Position numbers and translations under genes: made by a program. The notes beneath the pieces are model-generated. The model had not been told where the DNA came from, searched no databases, and saw nothing but the letters and a program-made list of their open reading frames with translations. Below, in pieces: positions 49,666 to 59,175 of a stretch of 64,000 bases of DNA. Origin of the DNA: an uncultured Candidatus Rokubacteria bacterium (GTDB lineage: Bacteria > Methylomirabilota > Methylomirabilia > Rokubacteriales > DASRDR01); NCBI GenBank assembly GCA_963805625.1, contig CAWDVE010000016.1, forward strand, positions 320,001 to 384,000, read 5' to 3'. Numbering within the stretch: position 1 is the first letter of the stretch; each line of letters opens with the position of its first letter.

Positions 49666-50850
49666 TCACTCCTTCCACTGCTCGACCAGCGTGATGGCGC
49701 CCTTCTCGACCGTGTAGATGTACAGCGGCCCGTTGATGACGTCGCCGTTGTCGTCGAACTTGTACTCGGGGATCAGGAGACCGGGGACCGACGACTTGTG
49801 CAGGACGTCGATGATCTTGTTCTTGTCGGTGCTGCCCGCCTTCTGGATCGCATTGGCCACGATGTTGGCGAAGTCGTAGCCGTAGCTGTCGTAGTTCGCT
49901 GGGTCGGCTCCGTACTTCGCCTTGAACTTCTCGGCAAACGCCTTGACCTTCGGCGGGGCCTGGGGGCCGGTGTGGGGCGGGGCCTGGAAGGTGAAGTACA
50001 CGGCCTCGAGGTCCGACTTCTTGTCAACCGCCGCCCCCGCCGTCTTGATCATGCCGTTGTCGAACCAGCCGTCGCAGCCGATGATCGGCTTCTTGTACCC
50101 GAGCTGGCGGGCCTGCTTGACCATCAGGCCGATCGAGGTGGGGAAGTTGGAGCAGTAGACGATCGCGTCCGGGTTCTCGGTCTTGACGATCTTCGTCAGG
50201 ACCGCCGTGTAGTCGACGTCGTTGCGCTCGACGCCCCCGTACGACGAGACGGAGCCACCGGCCTTCTCGATCGTGGCCTTCGCGACGTCGGTCACGCCCT
50301 GGCCGAACGCCTGCTTGTCGTTGAGGAGCGCGACCTTCTTGGCCTTGAGCTTCCGCATGGCGTAGGCCACGCCGGCCTTGCCCTGGACATTGTCGTTGGC
50401 GATCGGCCGGAAGAGGTTCTTGAATCCTTGCTGGGTGATCGTCGGGTTGGAGGACAGGGTCACCATCGGTAGGTTGACCTTGTTGATGATCGGCGCGCCG
50501 GCGATCGTCGTGCCCGAGCACACGTGCCCGATGAAGACGACGTTCTTCGCGTCGTCGGCGATCTTGGTGGCCACCGTTCCCGCCTGCTTCGGGTCGCAGG
50601 CGTCGTCCTCCGTCACGACGACGAACTTCCGCCCGAGGACGCCACCCTTGGCGTTCCATTCCTCGAAGGCGAGCTGAATGCCTTTGAGGTACCCTTGCCC
50701 GAACTGGGCGGCGTCTCCCGTCAGCGGGCCTGCCCACGCGATCTGGATCGGGGCGGGTGCTTGCTGGGCCGGGGCGGTCAGCGCCACTCCCAGCACGAGG
50801 ACGAGAGCCGCGAGGCACCAGACGACTCGCGAGGTGAGACACGCACGCAT
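49666..50850 (-). CDS. branched-chain amino acid ABC substrate-binding protein (LivK/LivJ-like)
   Basis: Signal peptide; GPLTG, NAKGGVLG, EDDACDP, GHVCSG. Confidence 0.92.
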   Translation of the reverse strand: MRACLTSRVVWCLAALVLVLGVALTAPAQQAPAPIQIAWAGPLTGDAAQFGQGYLKGIQLAFEEWNAKGGVLGRKFVVVTEDDACDPKQAGTVATKIADDAKNVVFIGHVCSGTTIAGAPIINKVNLPMVTLSSNPTITQQGFKNLFRPIANDNVQGKAGVAYAMRKLKAKKVALLNDKQAFGQGVTDVAKATIEKAGGSVSSYGGVERNDVDYTAVLTKIVKTENPDAIVYCSNFPTSIGLMVKQARQLGYKKPIIGCDGWFDNGMIKTAGAAVDKKSDLEAVYFTFQAPPHTGPQAPPKVKAFAEKFKAKYGADPANYDSYGYDFANIVANAIQKAGSTDKNKIIDVLHKSSVPGLLIPEYKFDDNGDVINGPLYIYTVEKGAITLVEQWKE

Positions 50851-51070
50851 GATCAGGTCCCCCTTTGTTGTGAGTGAGCTTGACGCCGTACGCCGTTGTG
50901 GCGCGCCCCCCAGGACTCGGGCCGGGGTGACTCGTGTGGGATAGCGCCTCCCTGCCATCGGGCCTGCATGGGCCAGGTTGCGGGGATTCTACGGCGGGCC
51001 TCCGGGCAGGGTCAAGCGGGGGGATGGTAGCGGGCGTGAGCCCATTCACACGAACGACCGGAGGGGACCT

Positions 51071-52426
51071 GTGACCGAGGGACGCTACGAGGCCGTGATC
51101 GTGGGCGGGGGCATCGCCGGGCTGACTGCCGGGTGGACGCTCCGGGACCGCAAGATTGTCGTGCTCGAGGCCACCGACCGCGTCGGCGGCCGGATGCGCT
51201 CAGAGCCCCGGGGCCCCTACTGGCTCAACCTCGGCGCGCACCTGTTCGGAGGCCCCGGAACCCTCATGGACCGGCTCGTGACGGAGACGGGCCTCGAGAC
51301 GCGGCGCATCCCGGGCAACCGGATGGGGCTCGCGTTCCGGGGCCACGTGGTCGCGAGCGGGCGTCCCGAGACCTATCCCTTCCGCCTCCCCCTGTCGTGG
51401 GGGGCGCGCCTGTCCTTCGTGCGGGCTGGCCTTCGGCTTCGCGCGGCGGCCCAGGAGCACATTCGCGCCGTGCGTCCCCGTCCGGGAGAGACGGCGATAG
51501 AAAAGCGCGCCCGTGTGCTCGCTCACCGGGACGACCAGAGCTTCGCCGCGTACCTGGGCGACCTCCACCCCGACGTCGCCGCGATCTTCCGCGCCATTTC
51601 CGAGCGCGTCACGGCCGAGCCCGAGCAGATCTCGGCCGGCTGCGGCGCGGCGCTCTTCGCGCTCGTATGGGGCGACGACCAGACAGGGTCGGCCCGCAAT
51701 CTGATCGGCGGGTCGGAGCTCCTGCCGCAAGCGCTGGCGCATCGGCTGGGCGAGCGGGTCCTGACGGGCGCGGCTGTCGAGGAGGTGGCGCCCCACGCGG
51801 ACGGCGTGCGGGTGCGGTTCCTTCGTCAGGGCGCTCCGGTGGACGTCTCGGCCGACTACGCGATCGTGGCGACGCCGTCCTACGTCACGCACCGGATCAT
51901 CAAGGGTCTGCCACGCGACATGGCAGAGGCCCTGGCGTCGATCCCTTACGGACCGTTCATCTGTGGCGCCTTCCTCACCGAGGAGTCGGGGCCCATGCCC
52001 TGGGATCACATCTACGCCATCGCCGTGGTCGACAAGTCGTTCAACATGCTCTTCAACCACGCCAACCCGCTCCGGACGCCGGATAAGCGGGAGCCGGGCG
52101 GCAGCCTCATGGTCTACGCGGGGGGCGACCGGGGAAGGCGCCTCCTGCCGCTGCCGAACGACGAGATCCGCGCGCTCTTCCTGCGAGACCTCCATGACGT
52201 GTTGCCGGCCACGCGCGGCATCGTCCGGGAGGTTCTGATCCAGCGCTGGGAGCAGGCGATCCCCTACGCGCCGCCGGGGCGCGCCCGGATCCAGCCCCTG
52301 CTCAGTCGGCCGCTCGGTCGGGTCTTCCTGGCCGGGGACTACCTGGAGTTCCCGGAGATGGAAGCGGCGGCCGCCACGGGTCTCGAGGCAGCCCAGGAGG
52401 TCCGCCGGCGGCTCGGCGCGCCCTGA
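51071..52426 (+). CDS. flavin amine oxidase/protoporphyrinogen oxidase-like FAD oxidoreductase
   Basis: VGGGIAGL, RVGGRMRS, NLGAHL, FLAGDY...MEAA. Confidence 0.88.
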   Translation: MTEGRYEAVIVGGGIAGLTAGWTLRDRKIVVLEATDRVGGRMRSEPRGPYWLNLGAHLFGGPGTLMDRLVTETGLETRRIPGNRMGLAFRGHVVASGRPETYPFRLPLSWGARLSFVRAGLRLRAAAQEHIRAVRPRPGETAIEKRARVLAHRDDQSFAAYLGDLHPDVAAIFRAISERVTAEPEQISAGCGAALFALVWGDDQTGSARNLIGGSELLPQALAHRLGERVLTGAAVEEVAPHADGVRVRFLRQGAPVDVSADYAIVATPSYVTHRIIKGLPRDMAEALASIPYGPFICGAFLTEESGPMPWDHIYAIAVVDKSFNMLFNHANPLRTPDKREPGGSLMVYAGGDRGRRLLPLPNDEIRALFLRDLHDVLPATRGIVREVLIQRWEQAIPYAPPGRARIQPLLSRPLGRVFLAGDYLEFPEMEAAAATGLEAAQEVRRRLGAP

Positions 52427-52443
52427 CCGCAGAACTGCGGCAG

Positions 52444-52481
52444 TTGACGCGTCTCAAGATTCTGGCTATATTCTGGCCAGA
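52444..52481 (+). promoter_or_regulatory. sigma70 promoter TTGACG-N17-TATATT with operator-like repeats; probably leaderless
   Basis: -35 at 52444, -10 at 52467, ATG 8 nt later with no SD; ATTCTGGC twice (52459, 52470) and palindrome TCTGGCCAGA. Confidence 0.75.
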
Positions 52482-52792
52482 TGCGGTACCAGGTCGTCTT
52501 GGCTCCCGAGGCGGCCAGAGCCTACGGAGCCCTGCCGGCTTACCGTCGGGCTGAGGTGCGGGACGCCCTTGAACGCCACTTGCGGCACGAACCGACGCGG
52601 GTGAGCAAGAGCCGGATCAAGCGCCTGCGTGGCGTAAGCCGACCGCAGTATCGCCTCAGGATCGGGGAGGTGCGGGTTTTCTATGACGTCACGGACAAAG
52701 CCGTCGAAATCCTCGCGATCGTCACGAAAGCCGACGCGCCGCGCTGGCTCGACCAGCACGGTTCGCCCGATGCGCCAGGTGGCGCTGGCTGA
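52481..52792 (+). CDS. type II toxin, RelE/ParE family
   Basis: YQVVLAPEA...RIKRLRG...YRLRIGEVRVFYDV. Confidence 0.88.
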   Translation: MRYQVVLAPEAARAYGALPAYRRAEVRDALERHLRHEPTRVSKSRIKRLRGVSRPQYRLRIGEVRVFYDVTDKAVEILAIVTKADAPRWLDQHGSPDAPGGAG

Positions 52793-53015
52793 GGTCAAGG
52801 ACGACCTATCGCGATTCCTGCGTCTGGCGGAGTCGGAGGAGATTGTCATCACGCGCCATGGCAGGCCGGCCGGCGTGCTGATCGGATTCGAAGGGGAGGA
52901 AGACTGGTTCGACTATCGCCTAGAGCACCATCCCGAGTTCCTGCGCCGAGTGACCGAAGCGCGTGACGCCCTCAGGGAGGGTCGCGGCATTCGCCTCGAA
53001 GATCTGCCGTCCTGA
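52770..53015 (+). CDS. type II antitoxin, Phd/YefM family
   Basis: LAEVKDDLSRFL...EEIVITRHGRPAGVL. Confidence 0.9.
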   Translation: MRQVALAEVKDDLSRFLRLAESEEIVITRHGRPAGVLIGFEGEEDWFDYRLEHHPEFLRRVTEARDALREGRGIRLEDLPS

Positions 53016-53037
53016 TCCGGTGTTTCTGGCTTCGGGT

Positions 53038-53118
53038 GCGGACAGACGGAAGAACGGCGAGTGGTTCGAGTTGACTGCTAAGGATGTCGCCGCCTTCAAG
53101 AGACGCAGGTTCATGTGA
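53038..53118 (+). pseudogene. C-terminal remnant of T5orf172/Mug113 GIY-YIG nuclease
   Basis: Hand translation ADRRKNGEWFELTAKDVAAFKRRRFM*, containing the family GEWF motif. Confidence 0.7.
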
Positions 53119-53147
53119 CGTGGGCTCGTCCAAAGCGGCGACGCGTC

Positions 53148-53579
53148 TCACGGTCGCACCGCTGGTGGGGACGTCTCGGCGGGGCAGGGGCCGGCGCGCT
53201 CCAGATAGTCGATCAAATCCCGCCGGTCCTCGGGGGCCGCGAGACCCGGGATCCACATCGCGGTGCCGGGCACGAGGCGCTGTGGGTCGACGAGGAACGC
53301 GTCCAGGGTCGCGCGCGTCCAGACGAGCCCGCGCGCGGCGCCAGCGTCGATCATGGCAGGCGAAAAGTCAAATCCGGGCTGGGTGCCGGCCCGCCGCCCG
53401 AGCAGGCACAGGAGGCTGGGCCCCGACAGTCGGTTCGCTCCCACCTCGACGGAGTGGCAGGCGTAGCAACGCAGGAACACCCGCTCACCGTGGATCGGGT
53501 CGGCGCCGAGGGAGAGCGGGAACCGAAGCAGCGCGACGAGCGCGAGGAGCAGGAGGCCGCTGCCGGCGGCGCGGATCAC
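53148..53579 (-). CDS. class I cytochrome c (c2-like)
   Basis: Signal peptide, CYACH, GPSL, VPGTAM axial Met; GTGA overlap with the upstream gene. Confidence 0.9.
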   Translation of the reverse strand: MIRAAGSGLLLLALVALLRFPLSLGADPIHGERVFLRCYACHSVEVGANRLSGPSLLCLLGRRAGTQPGFDFSPAMIDAGAARGLVWTRATLDAFLVDPQRLVPGTAMWIPGLAAPEDRRDLIDYLERAGPCPAETSPPAVRP

Positions 53580-54547
53580 TTGCGCCGGAAGACGACGAGC
53601 CGGTCGACGCCGGACTCGGGGGCCCAGACCTCGCCAGGGCGGCCGAGGATCTGGCGGACGTTCGCCCCCCGGCGGTCGCTTGGGAACACCTCGAACCGCT
53701 CCGTGTCGGGGTCGAAGCGCACCATCGCGTTGGCGCTCCACTCGCTCAGCCAGACCTTATCCTGGTCGTCGACGTAAACCGCGTAGGTCTGGGGCCGGTC
53801 GCCCGGCAACCGCCACGCCTTCCAGGCGCCGGTGCGAGGGTCGTAGCGGCTGACCTGGCCGGAATTCCACTCGCTGACCCAGATCTGGCCGCGTGAGTCG
53901 GACCAGACGCGCCGCGCGCCCTGGCTCCTGGTCGGCGGCTCGATGACCGTCGCCGCGCCGGTCTCGACGTCGACCCGCGCGATGTGGCTGCCGGCGAGGG
54001 AGGCGTAGTACACGGCGCCGTCCGGGGTGGTGGTGATGCCGTACGGCCCGCGACCGCGCGGCGCGTCCCAGACCTGCATCGCGCCGCTTTTCGGGTCGAG
54101 GCGGCCGTAGATCCCGTTCTGGCCGGTGAACCAGATCCGGCCCTGCTTATCGAACGTGGCGGTGTTCAGGTTGACGTAGCCGCGCGCTTCGGGCAGCGGC
54201 CAGCGCGTCACCTCGCGCGTGTTCGGATCGACCCGGACGATCGCGTTGGTCCCGCCCTCGGTGATCCACGGCGCCCCGTCCGGGCCGATGATCACGCCGT
54301 GGGGCGCCGCCCCGGCGCCGAGCCGGATGAGCTCGACCTTGCCTGTCGCGGGATCCAGGCGCCCGAGCGCGGCGTTGCGCTGCGCCGTGTACCACACGAT
54401 GCCGTCGGCGCCGACGGCGAGGTCGTGCGGGCTCCCGCCTCCCGCGGGCAGGGCGTACGACTGGGTGACGATCTCGGCCGAGGCGGCGGCTGGCAGGAGC
54501 GCGAGGCCGGTGAGGAGCACGAGCAGCGCGCGTGGCACGAGGCGCAT
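53576..54547 (-). CDS. secreted Vgb (virginiamycin B lyase)-like beta-propeller
   Basis: Signal ending ASA; repeats PHDLA..DG.VWYT, PHGVI.GPDG.PWIT, PYGIT, GARRVWSDS. Confidence 0.88.
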   Translation of the reverse strand: MRLVPRALLVLLTGLALLPAAASAEIVTQSYALPAGGGSPHDLAVGADGIVWYTAQRNAALGRLDPATGKVELIRLGAGAAPHGVIIGPDGAPWITEGGTNAIVRVDPNTREVTRWPLPEARGYVNLNTATFDKQGRIWFTGQNGIYGRLDPKSGAMQVWDAPRGRGPYGITTTPDGAVYYASLAGSHIARVDVETGAATVIEPPTRSQGARRVWSDSRGQIWVSEWNSGQVSRYDPRTGAWKAWRLPGDRPQTYAVYVDDQDKVWLSEWSANAMVRFDPDTERFEVFPSDRRGANVRQILGRPGEVWAPESGVDRLVVFRRK

Positions 54548-54642
54548 GGTGACCTCCCTCTCGACACGATGGACGCTCTCACCATGCCATCTCGGTCGCG
54601 CGCGGGCAAGCGTGGCTGACCGCTGGATGCCCCGAGCCTCCG

Positions 54643-55638
54643 TCACTCGTCGTCGTCCAGCGAGATGAGATCCGCCGGCGGGAGGGGCTGGCCGTCCAGG
54701 ACGCGCTGAATGTTCCGGAACGCGTGGCGGGCGACGTTCGCCACGTTGTCGAAGGCGGAGCCGGCGACGTGGGGCGCCAGCACGAGACCCGGGGCGCGGA
54801 CGCGAAGAAGCGGATGATCGGGCGAAGGCGGCTCTCCGCCGAAGACGTCGATGCCCGCGCCGCCCAGTGCCCCGGACTCGAGCGCCTCGGCCAACGCGAC
54901 CTCGTCCACGATCTCGCCACGCGCCGTGTTGATGACGATCGCCCCGGGCCGGAGCCGGGCGATGCGCTCTCGCGAGAGCATGGTCCGGGTGGCGCGGGTG
55001 TAGGGAACATGCAGGCTGACGATGTCGGCCTCCGCGAGGAGCGGGTCGAGCTCCTGGAAGCGAACGCCGAGCGCCTGCTCCTCCGCCGGCGCCGGGCGCC
55101 GGATGTCGAAGTAGCGGACCTGGGTGTCGAACGCCTGGAGCCGCTTCGCAACCTGCCGGCCGATGGCGCCCAGCCCCACGAGCGCGACGAGCCGGCCCCG
55201 GAGCTGCCGGGCCTGGAGCCGCGTGTCGCCGCGGGCTCGGTGCCACTCGCCGCTGCGGAGCTGCGCTTCCCGCTCGGGCAGCCGCCGGAGCACGGCCAGC
55301 ATCAGGAGCAGTGTGAACTCGGCCACGGGCACCGCGTTGGCGCCGGCGGTGATGGCCACCGGGATCCCCCGCGTCCGCGCCGCCGCCAGGTCGATCTTGT
55401 CGACGCCGATCCCCCACTTCTGGATGAGCCGGAGCCCGGGCGCGGCCTCCATGAGGCTCGCGGGGATGGCCGAGATGCCGCCCACGAAGAACGCCGCGCC
55501 CCTCGCCAACGCCAGCCGGTCGGCGGGGTCGTTCGATGTGGCCATGCGGAGCTCCATCATCGGCGGACACTCGGCCGCGATGACGGCGCGGACCTCGGGG
55601 TCGTGCGCGTCCAGGACGACCACGACCGGCCGCGACAC
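54643..55638 (-). CDS. D-isomer-specific 2-hydroxyacid dehydrogenase
   Basis: GIGVDKID, GLGAIG, INTARG, DVFGGEP, PHVAG. Confidence 0.93.
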   Translation of the reverse strand: MSRPVVVVLDAHDPEVRAVIAAECPPMMELRMATSNDPADRLALARGAAFFVGGISAIPASLMEAAPGLRLIQKWGIGVDKIDLAAARTRGIPVAITAGANAVPVAEFTLLLMLAVLRRLPEREAQLRSGEWHRARGDTRLQARQLRGRLVALVGLGAIGRQVAKRLQAFDTQVRYFDIRRPAPAEEQALGVRFQELDPLLAEADIVSLHVPYTRATRTMLSRERIARLRPGAIVINTARGEIVDEVALAEALESGALGGAGIDVFGGEPPSPDHPLLRVRAPGLVLAPHVAGSAFDNVANVARHAFRNIQRVLDGQPLPPADLISLDDDE

Positions 55639-55640
55639 GG

Positions 55641-57323
55641 CTAGCCGTCCCGGCGACGCGCCGTCGTGGCGGGCACGGGGAGCTCGTCGGGGTCGATGGG
55701 GATCTCGACGACCGCCGGCTGGCCGCAGGCGAGCGCTTCGCGGACCGCGTCGCCGATCGCCTCCGGACGCTCGACGTAGTAGCCCCGGGCCCCGAACAGC
55801 TCCGCGAGCCGGTCGAACCGCGGATTCCCGAGGTCGGTTCCCACGTATCGCGCCTGGTAGAAATGCCGCTGGTACGCTTTTTCCGAGCCCCAACCGTTGT
55901 TGTTGAGCACGAGCGCGACGGCGGGAATCCCGTGCCGCACGGCGGTCTCGAGCTCCTGCGCGTTCATCAGAAAGCCGCCATCGCCGTGGATGGCGAGCGC
56001 CGGGGCCTCGGGGCGGCCGAGCTTGGCCCCGAGCGCCGCCGGGAAGGCGAAGCCGAGCCCGCCCAGGTCGAGCGGGGTGAGGAAGGTCCGAGGTCGGACG
56101 AACTGGAGCCGGTCGTAGCCGTACGCGGGAGCCGCGCCAGCGTCCAGCGTGACGATCGTGTCGGGCGGAAGCGCCCGCCTGAGCTCGGCGTAGACCCGCT
56201 GCGGCTTCACGGGGACGGCGTCGAGCGTCGCCTCGCCGAGAAGCCGCGCCTGGCGCCGTGCCCTGAGCTCCCGGATCTCGCCTTGCCAGGCTCCGGAGGT
56301 CGGGCCGACACGGTCTCCTGCGAGCCCTTCCAGGAGAGCGGCGAGCGTCTCGCGCGCGTCGGCTTGGATCCCCACCGCGACGGGATAGACGCGGCCGATG
56401 TCCCGGCTGTCGACGTCGACCTGGACGATCGCCGTCCCCGGCTGGATGTAGCGCCCGTCGTAGAAGCTGGTGAACTGCCCGAGACGCGAGCCCACGACCA
56501 GCAGGAGGTCGGCCCGGCGACACGCCTGGGCAGCCTCGGGGGAGCCCGCCCGGCCGAGCGGGCCCACGTAGAGCGGATCGTCGTTGGGCACGGCGTCGTT
56601 CCGGCCATACGCCGTGATGACCGGCAACCCGTGGCTGGCTGAGAGACGGGTGACGAGATCCGTCGCCCCCGCCCAGGTCACGCCGCCCCCGGCAATGAGG
56701 AGCGGGCGCTGGGCCCGCGCGAGGCGGCGCACTGCCTCACGGACCGCCTCCGGATGAGGCGGTGTCGGGTGAGTCGGGCGGTACGCCTCGGGGGCGAGGA
56801 GTTCCATCCGCACGACCTGGTCGTTCAGCACGTCCCGCGGGATGTCGACGAACACCGGTCCCCGGCGCCCTGTCATCGCGGTGCGAAACGCGAGCCGGAG
56901 CAGGTCCGGGATCCGAGCCGGCTGGGTCACCTGGATCGACAGCTTCGTCACCGGCCGGAAGAGCGCCACGAGGTCGAGCTCCTGGAAGGCGTCTCGCCCT
57001 TCCAGCCCGAGCGCGGAGCCGCCGGCGATCGCCACGACGGGCGAGTGCGCCACATGGGCCCCCGCGATGCCGGTGATGAGGTTCGTCGCGCCGGGTCCGC
57101 TCGTCACCAGGCACACGGCTGGCATGCCGGTGACCCGCGCGAGACCGTCGGCCATGAAGGCGCCGCCCTGCTCGTGACGGACGTTCACGTACTCCACGCT
57201 CTTGTCATCGTGGAGGACGTCCAGCACGTCGAGGAAGGTCGAGCCGACGATCCCGAAGACGTGCCGCACCCCCTCGGCCTTCAGGAGCTCGACGACGGCC
57301 CGGCCGGCGCTCATCTCGGTCAC
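55641..57323 (-). CDS. thiamine-diphosphate enzyme (sulfoacetaldehyde acetyltransferase/acetolactate synthase family)
   Basis: FGIVGS, RHEQ, SGPGATN, GDGGF...NNNGWGSEK. Confidence 0.9.
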   Translation of the reverse strand: MTEMSAGRAVVELLKAEGVRHVFGIVGSTFLDVLDVLHDDKSVEYVNVRHEQGGAFMADGLARVTGMPAVCLVTSGPGATNLITGIAGAHVAHSPVVAIAGGSALGLEGRDAFQELDLVALFRPVTKLSIQVTQPARIPDLLRLAFRTAMTGRRGPVFVDIPRDVLNDQVVRMELLAPEAYRPTHPTPPHPEAVREAVRRLARAQRPLLIAGGGVTWAGATDLVTRLSASHGLPVITAYGRNDAVPNDDPLYVGPLGRAGSPEAAQACRRADLLLVVGSRLGQFTSFYDGRYIQPGTAIVQVDVDSRDIGRVYPVAVGIQADARETLAALLEGLAGDRVGPTSGAWQGEIRELRARRQARLLGEATLDAVPVKPQRVYAELRRALPPDTIVTLDAGAAPAYGYDRLQFVRPRTFLTPLDLGGLGFAFPAALGAKLGRPEAPALAIHGDGGFLMNAQELETAVRHGIPAVALVLNNNGWGSEKAYQRHFYQARYVGTDLGNPRFDRLAELFGARGYYVERPEAIGDAVREALACGQPAVVEIPIDPDELPVPATTARRRDG

Positions 57324-58090
57324 GGGCGGTGGCCCTCCGTGGCGCCGCCGCCCGCCAGCTCGAGGCCTTCGGGCCAGCGGTCCCTCGGCTCGTAGCCGAG
57401 CAGCGCCCGGGCCGGCCCGAGGTCGTAGCGTGGGGATCCGGCGGGCCGGCTCGTGGCGTGCACCACCGCGAAGGGCGGCGCGGGCTCCAGTTCCACCGCC
57501 GCCGCGAAGCAGCGGCCGGCGTCGCCCGGGCTCAGATAGCTGTCCTTTCCGTACGGGTTCTGCGCGAGCTCCGCGGCGTGCGCCGGATCGCGGGGGCACC
57601 AGCCGCAGCGGATCACGAGGACGTGGAGACTGTGGACGTGTGCGTAGACGTGACCTGCCGCCTCCAGGAGCACCTTGGTGGCCGCGTACCAGTTTCGCGG
57701 CGACACCGGCGTCTCGGGCGTGATCGGGAACGGTCCCGGATGGCCGCGAAAGAGCTGGCCGGTGCTCGCGAGGATGACGCGCCTGACGCTGCTCTGGCGC
57801 GCTGCTTCGAGGGCATGGTAGAGGCCCACGACGTTGTTCGGCAGGAGCTCGGTCAGGAAATCGGCCTCGTCGGGTGTGGCGGCCAGGTGGACCAGCGTCT
57901 CGGCCCCGGCTATCGCGCGCGCAAGGTCGGCCGGCCTCGTGAGGTCCCCCTCGATCGACTCCGGGAGGCCGGGGGTCACGACCCGATCGAAGCCCCGCAC
58001 CCGGTGACCGCGGGCGAGGAGCGCCGCCGACACCGCCCGGCCCAGGCGCCCGGCCGACCCCGTGACCAGGACCGTTCTCGCGCGGGCCAT
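57320..58090 (-). CDS. NAD-dependent epimerase/dehydrogenase (uronate dehydrogenase-like extended SDR)
   Basis: VTGSAGRLG, VHLAA, NNVVGLY, YAATK, YLSPGD. Confidence 0.85.
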   Translation of the reverse strand: MARARTVLVTGSAGRLGRAVSAALLARGHRVRGFDRVVTPGLPESIEGDLTRPADLARAIAGAETLVHLAATPDEADFLTELLPNNVVGLYHALEAARQSSVRRVILASTGQLFRGHPGPFPITPETPVSPRNWYAATKVLLEAAGHVYAHVHSLHVLVIRCGWCPRDPAHAAELAQNPYGKDSYLSPGDAGRCFAAAVELEPAPPFAVVHATSRPAGSPRYDLGPARALLGYEPRDRWPEGLELAGGGATEGHRP

Positions 58091-59169
58091 CAGGGTGCTG
58101 CCGGCGTGGGCGGTGGGGCGGGGGCGGCCGCCGCGCGGCCGCCCGGCGCCGGGGCCTCGTCGAACGCCACGCTCATCTCGCGCGCCGGCACCGCGGGCGC
58201 GTCCCGGTACAGGAAGCAGGACACCACGCGCCGAGGCTCGGACCGGAACAGCGGTGGCGCCGAGGCCCGGCACGCTGGCATGGCCGAGGGGCAGCGGTCC
58301 TCGAAGAGACAGCCCAACGCGCCCGCGGCGGGGCGCGAACTCGCCAAGACCGGCGAGCTGTCGGCCGTCCATGTCCGCTCGGTGCCCGGCAGGGGGATCG
58401 AGCCGACGAGGAGCCGCGTGTACGGGTGCCGCGGGTCCTTGACGACCAGCTCCACGTCGCCGGCCTCCACCACGGCGCCGCGGTACAGCACGATGATGTT
58501 CTCCGCGATCTGGTACGCGGTCGCCAGGTCGTGCGTGATGTAGATCACGGGGATCTGGAGGTCGAGCGTCATCTGACGGAGCGCTCCGAGGATCGTGGCC
58601 CGGAGCGAGGCGTCCACCATCGACACGGGCTCGTCGGCGAGGATGACGCGCGGCCGCAGGAGCAGCGCGCGCGCCACCATGACGCGCTGACGCTGGCCTC
58701 CCGAGAGCTGATGCGGGAATCGCCCCAGCGTCTCGTCAGGGCGAAGCCCCACCGCGCGGAGCGCGTCCTCGATCAGGGCCCGGGCGCCGGCGCGGGACGT
58801 CGCCAGCCTGAACTTGGCGACCGGCACCGTCAGGACGTGGTCCACCCGGTAGAACGGGTTGTAGACCTCGTACGGGTCCTGGAAGACCGCCTGGATCTCG
58901 CGCCGGAAGGTCCGCCACTCCGCCCGCGACATGGCGGTGAGATCGTGCCCACGATAGGAGACCTGGCCCTCCGTTGGCGTCAGGAGGCCGAGCAGGAGGC
59001 GCGCCAGCGTGGTCTTGCCGCTGCCGCTCTCGCCGACCACGGCGGTGACGGACGGGCGGCCCTCGGCCAGGCCGAGCGAGAAGTGGCGGAGGGCGACGGT
59101 GTGCCGTCGATCGAGGAGTCCGCCGCCGAAGCTCTTGGTCACCTCACGCGCTTCGAGGAGCGGCGTCAT
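58090..59169 (-). CDS. oligopeptide ABC ATPase (DppF-like)
   Basis: GESGSGKTT, LSGGQRQR, ADEPVSM, PRHPYT. Confidence 0.93.
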   Translation of the reverse strand: MTPLLEAREVTKSFGGGLLDRRHTVALRHFSLGLAEGRPSVTAVVGESGSGKTTLARLLLGLLTPTEGQVSYRGHDLTAMSRAEWRTFRREIQAVFQDPYEVYNPFYRVDHVLTVPVAKFRLATSRAGARALIEDALRAVGLRPDETLGRFPHQLSGGQRQRVMVARALLLRPRVILADEPVSMVDASLRATILGALRQMTLDLQIPVIYITHDLATAYQIAENIIVLYRGAVVEAGDVELVVKDPRHPYTRLLVGSIPLPGTERTWTADSSPVLASSRPAAGALGCLFEDRCPSAMPACRASAPPLFRSEPRRVVSCFLYRDAPAVPAREMSVAFDEAPAPGGRAAAAPAPPPTPAAP

Positions 59170-59175
59170 CGCGCC

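Noticed and set aside
53576-54547. Streptogramin resistance gene call (vgb)
   Set aside because: Only fold-level similarity; the signal peptide and cytochrome linkage argue against assigning resistance.
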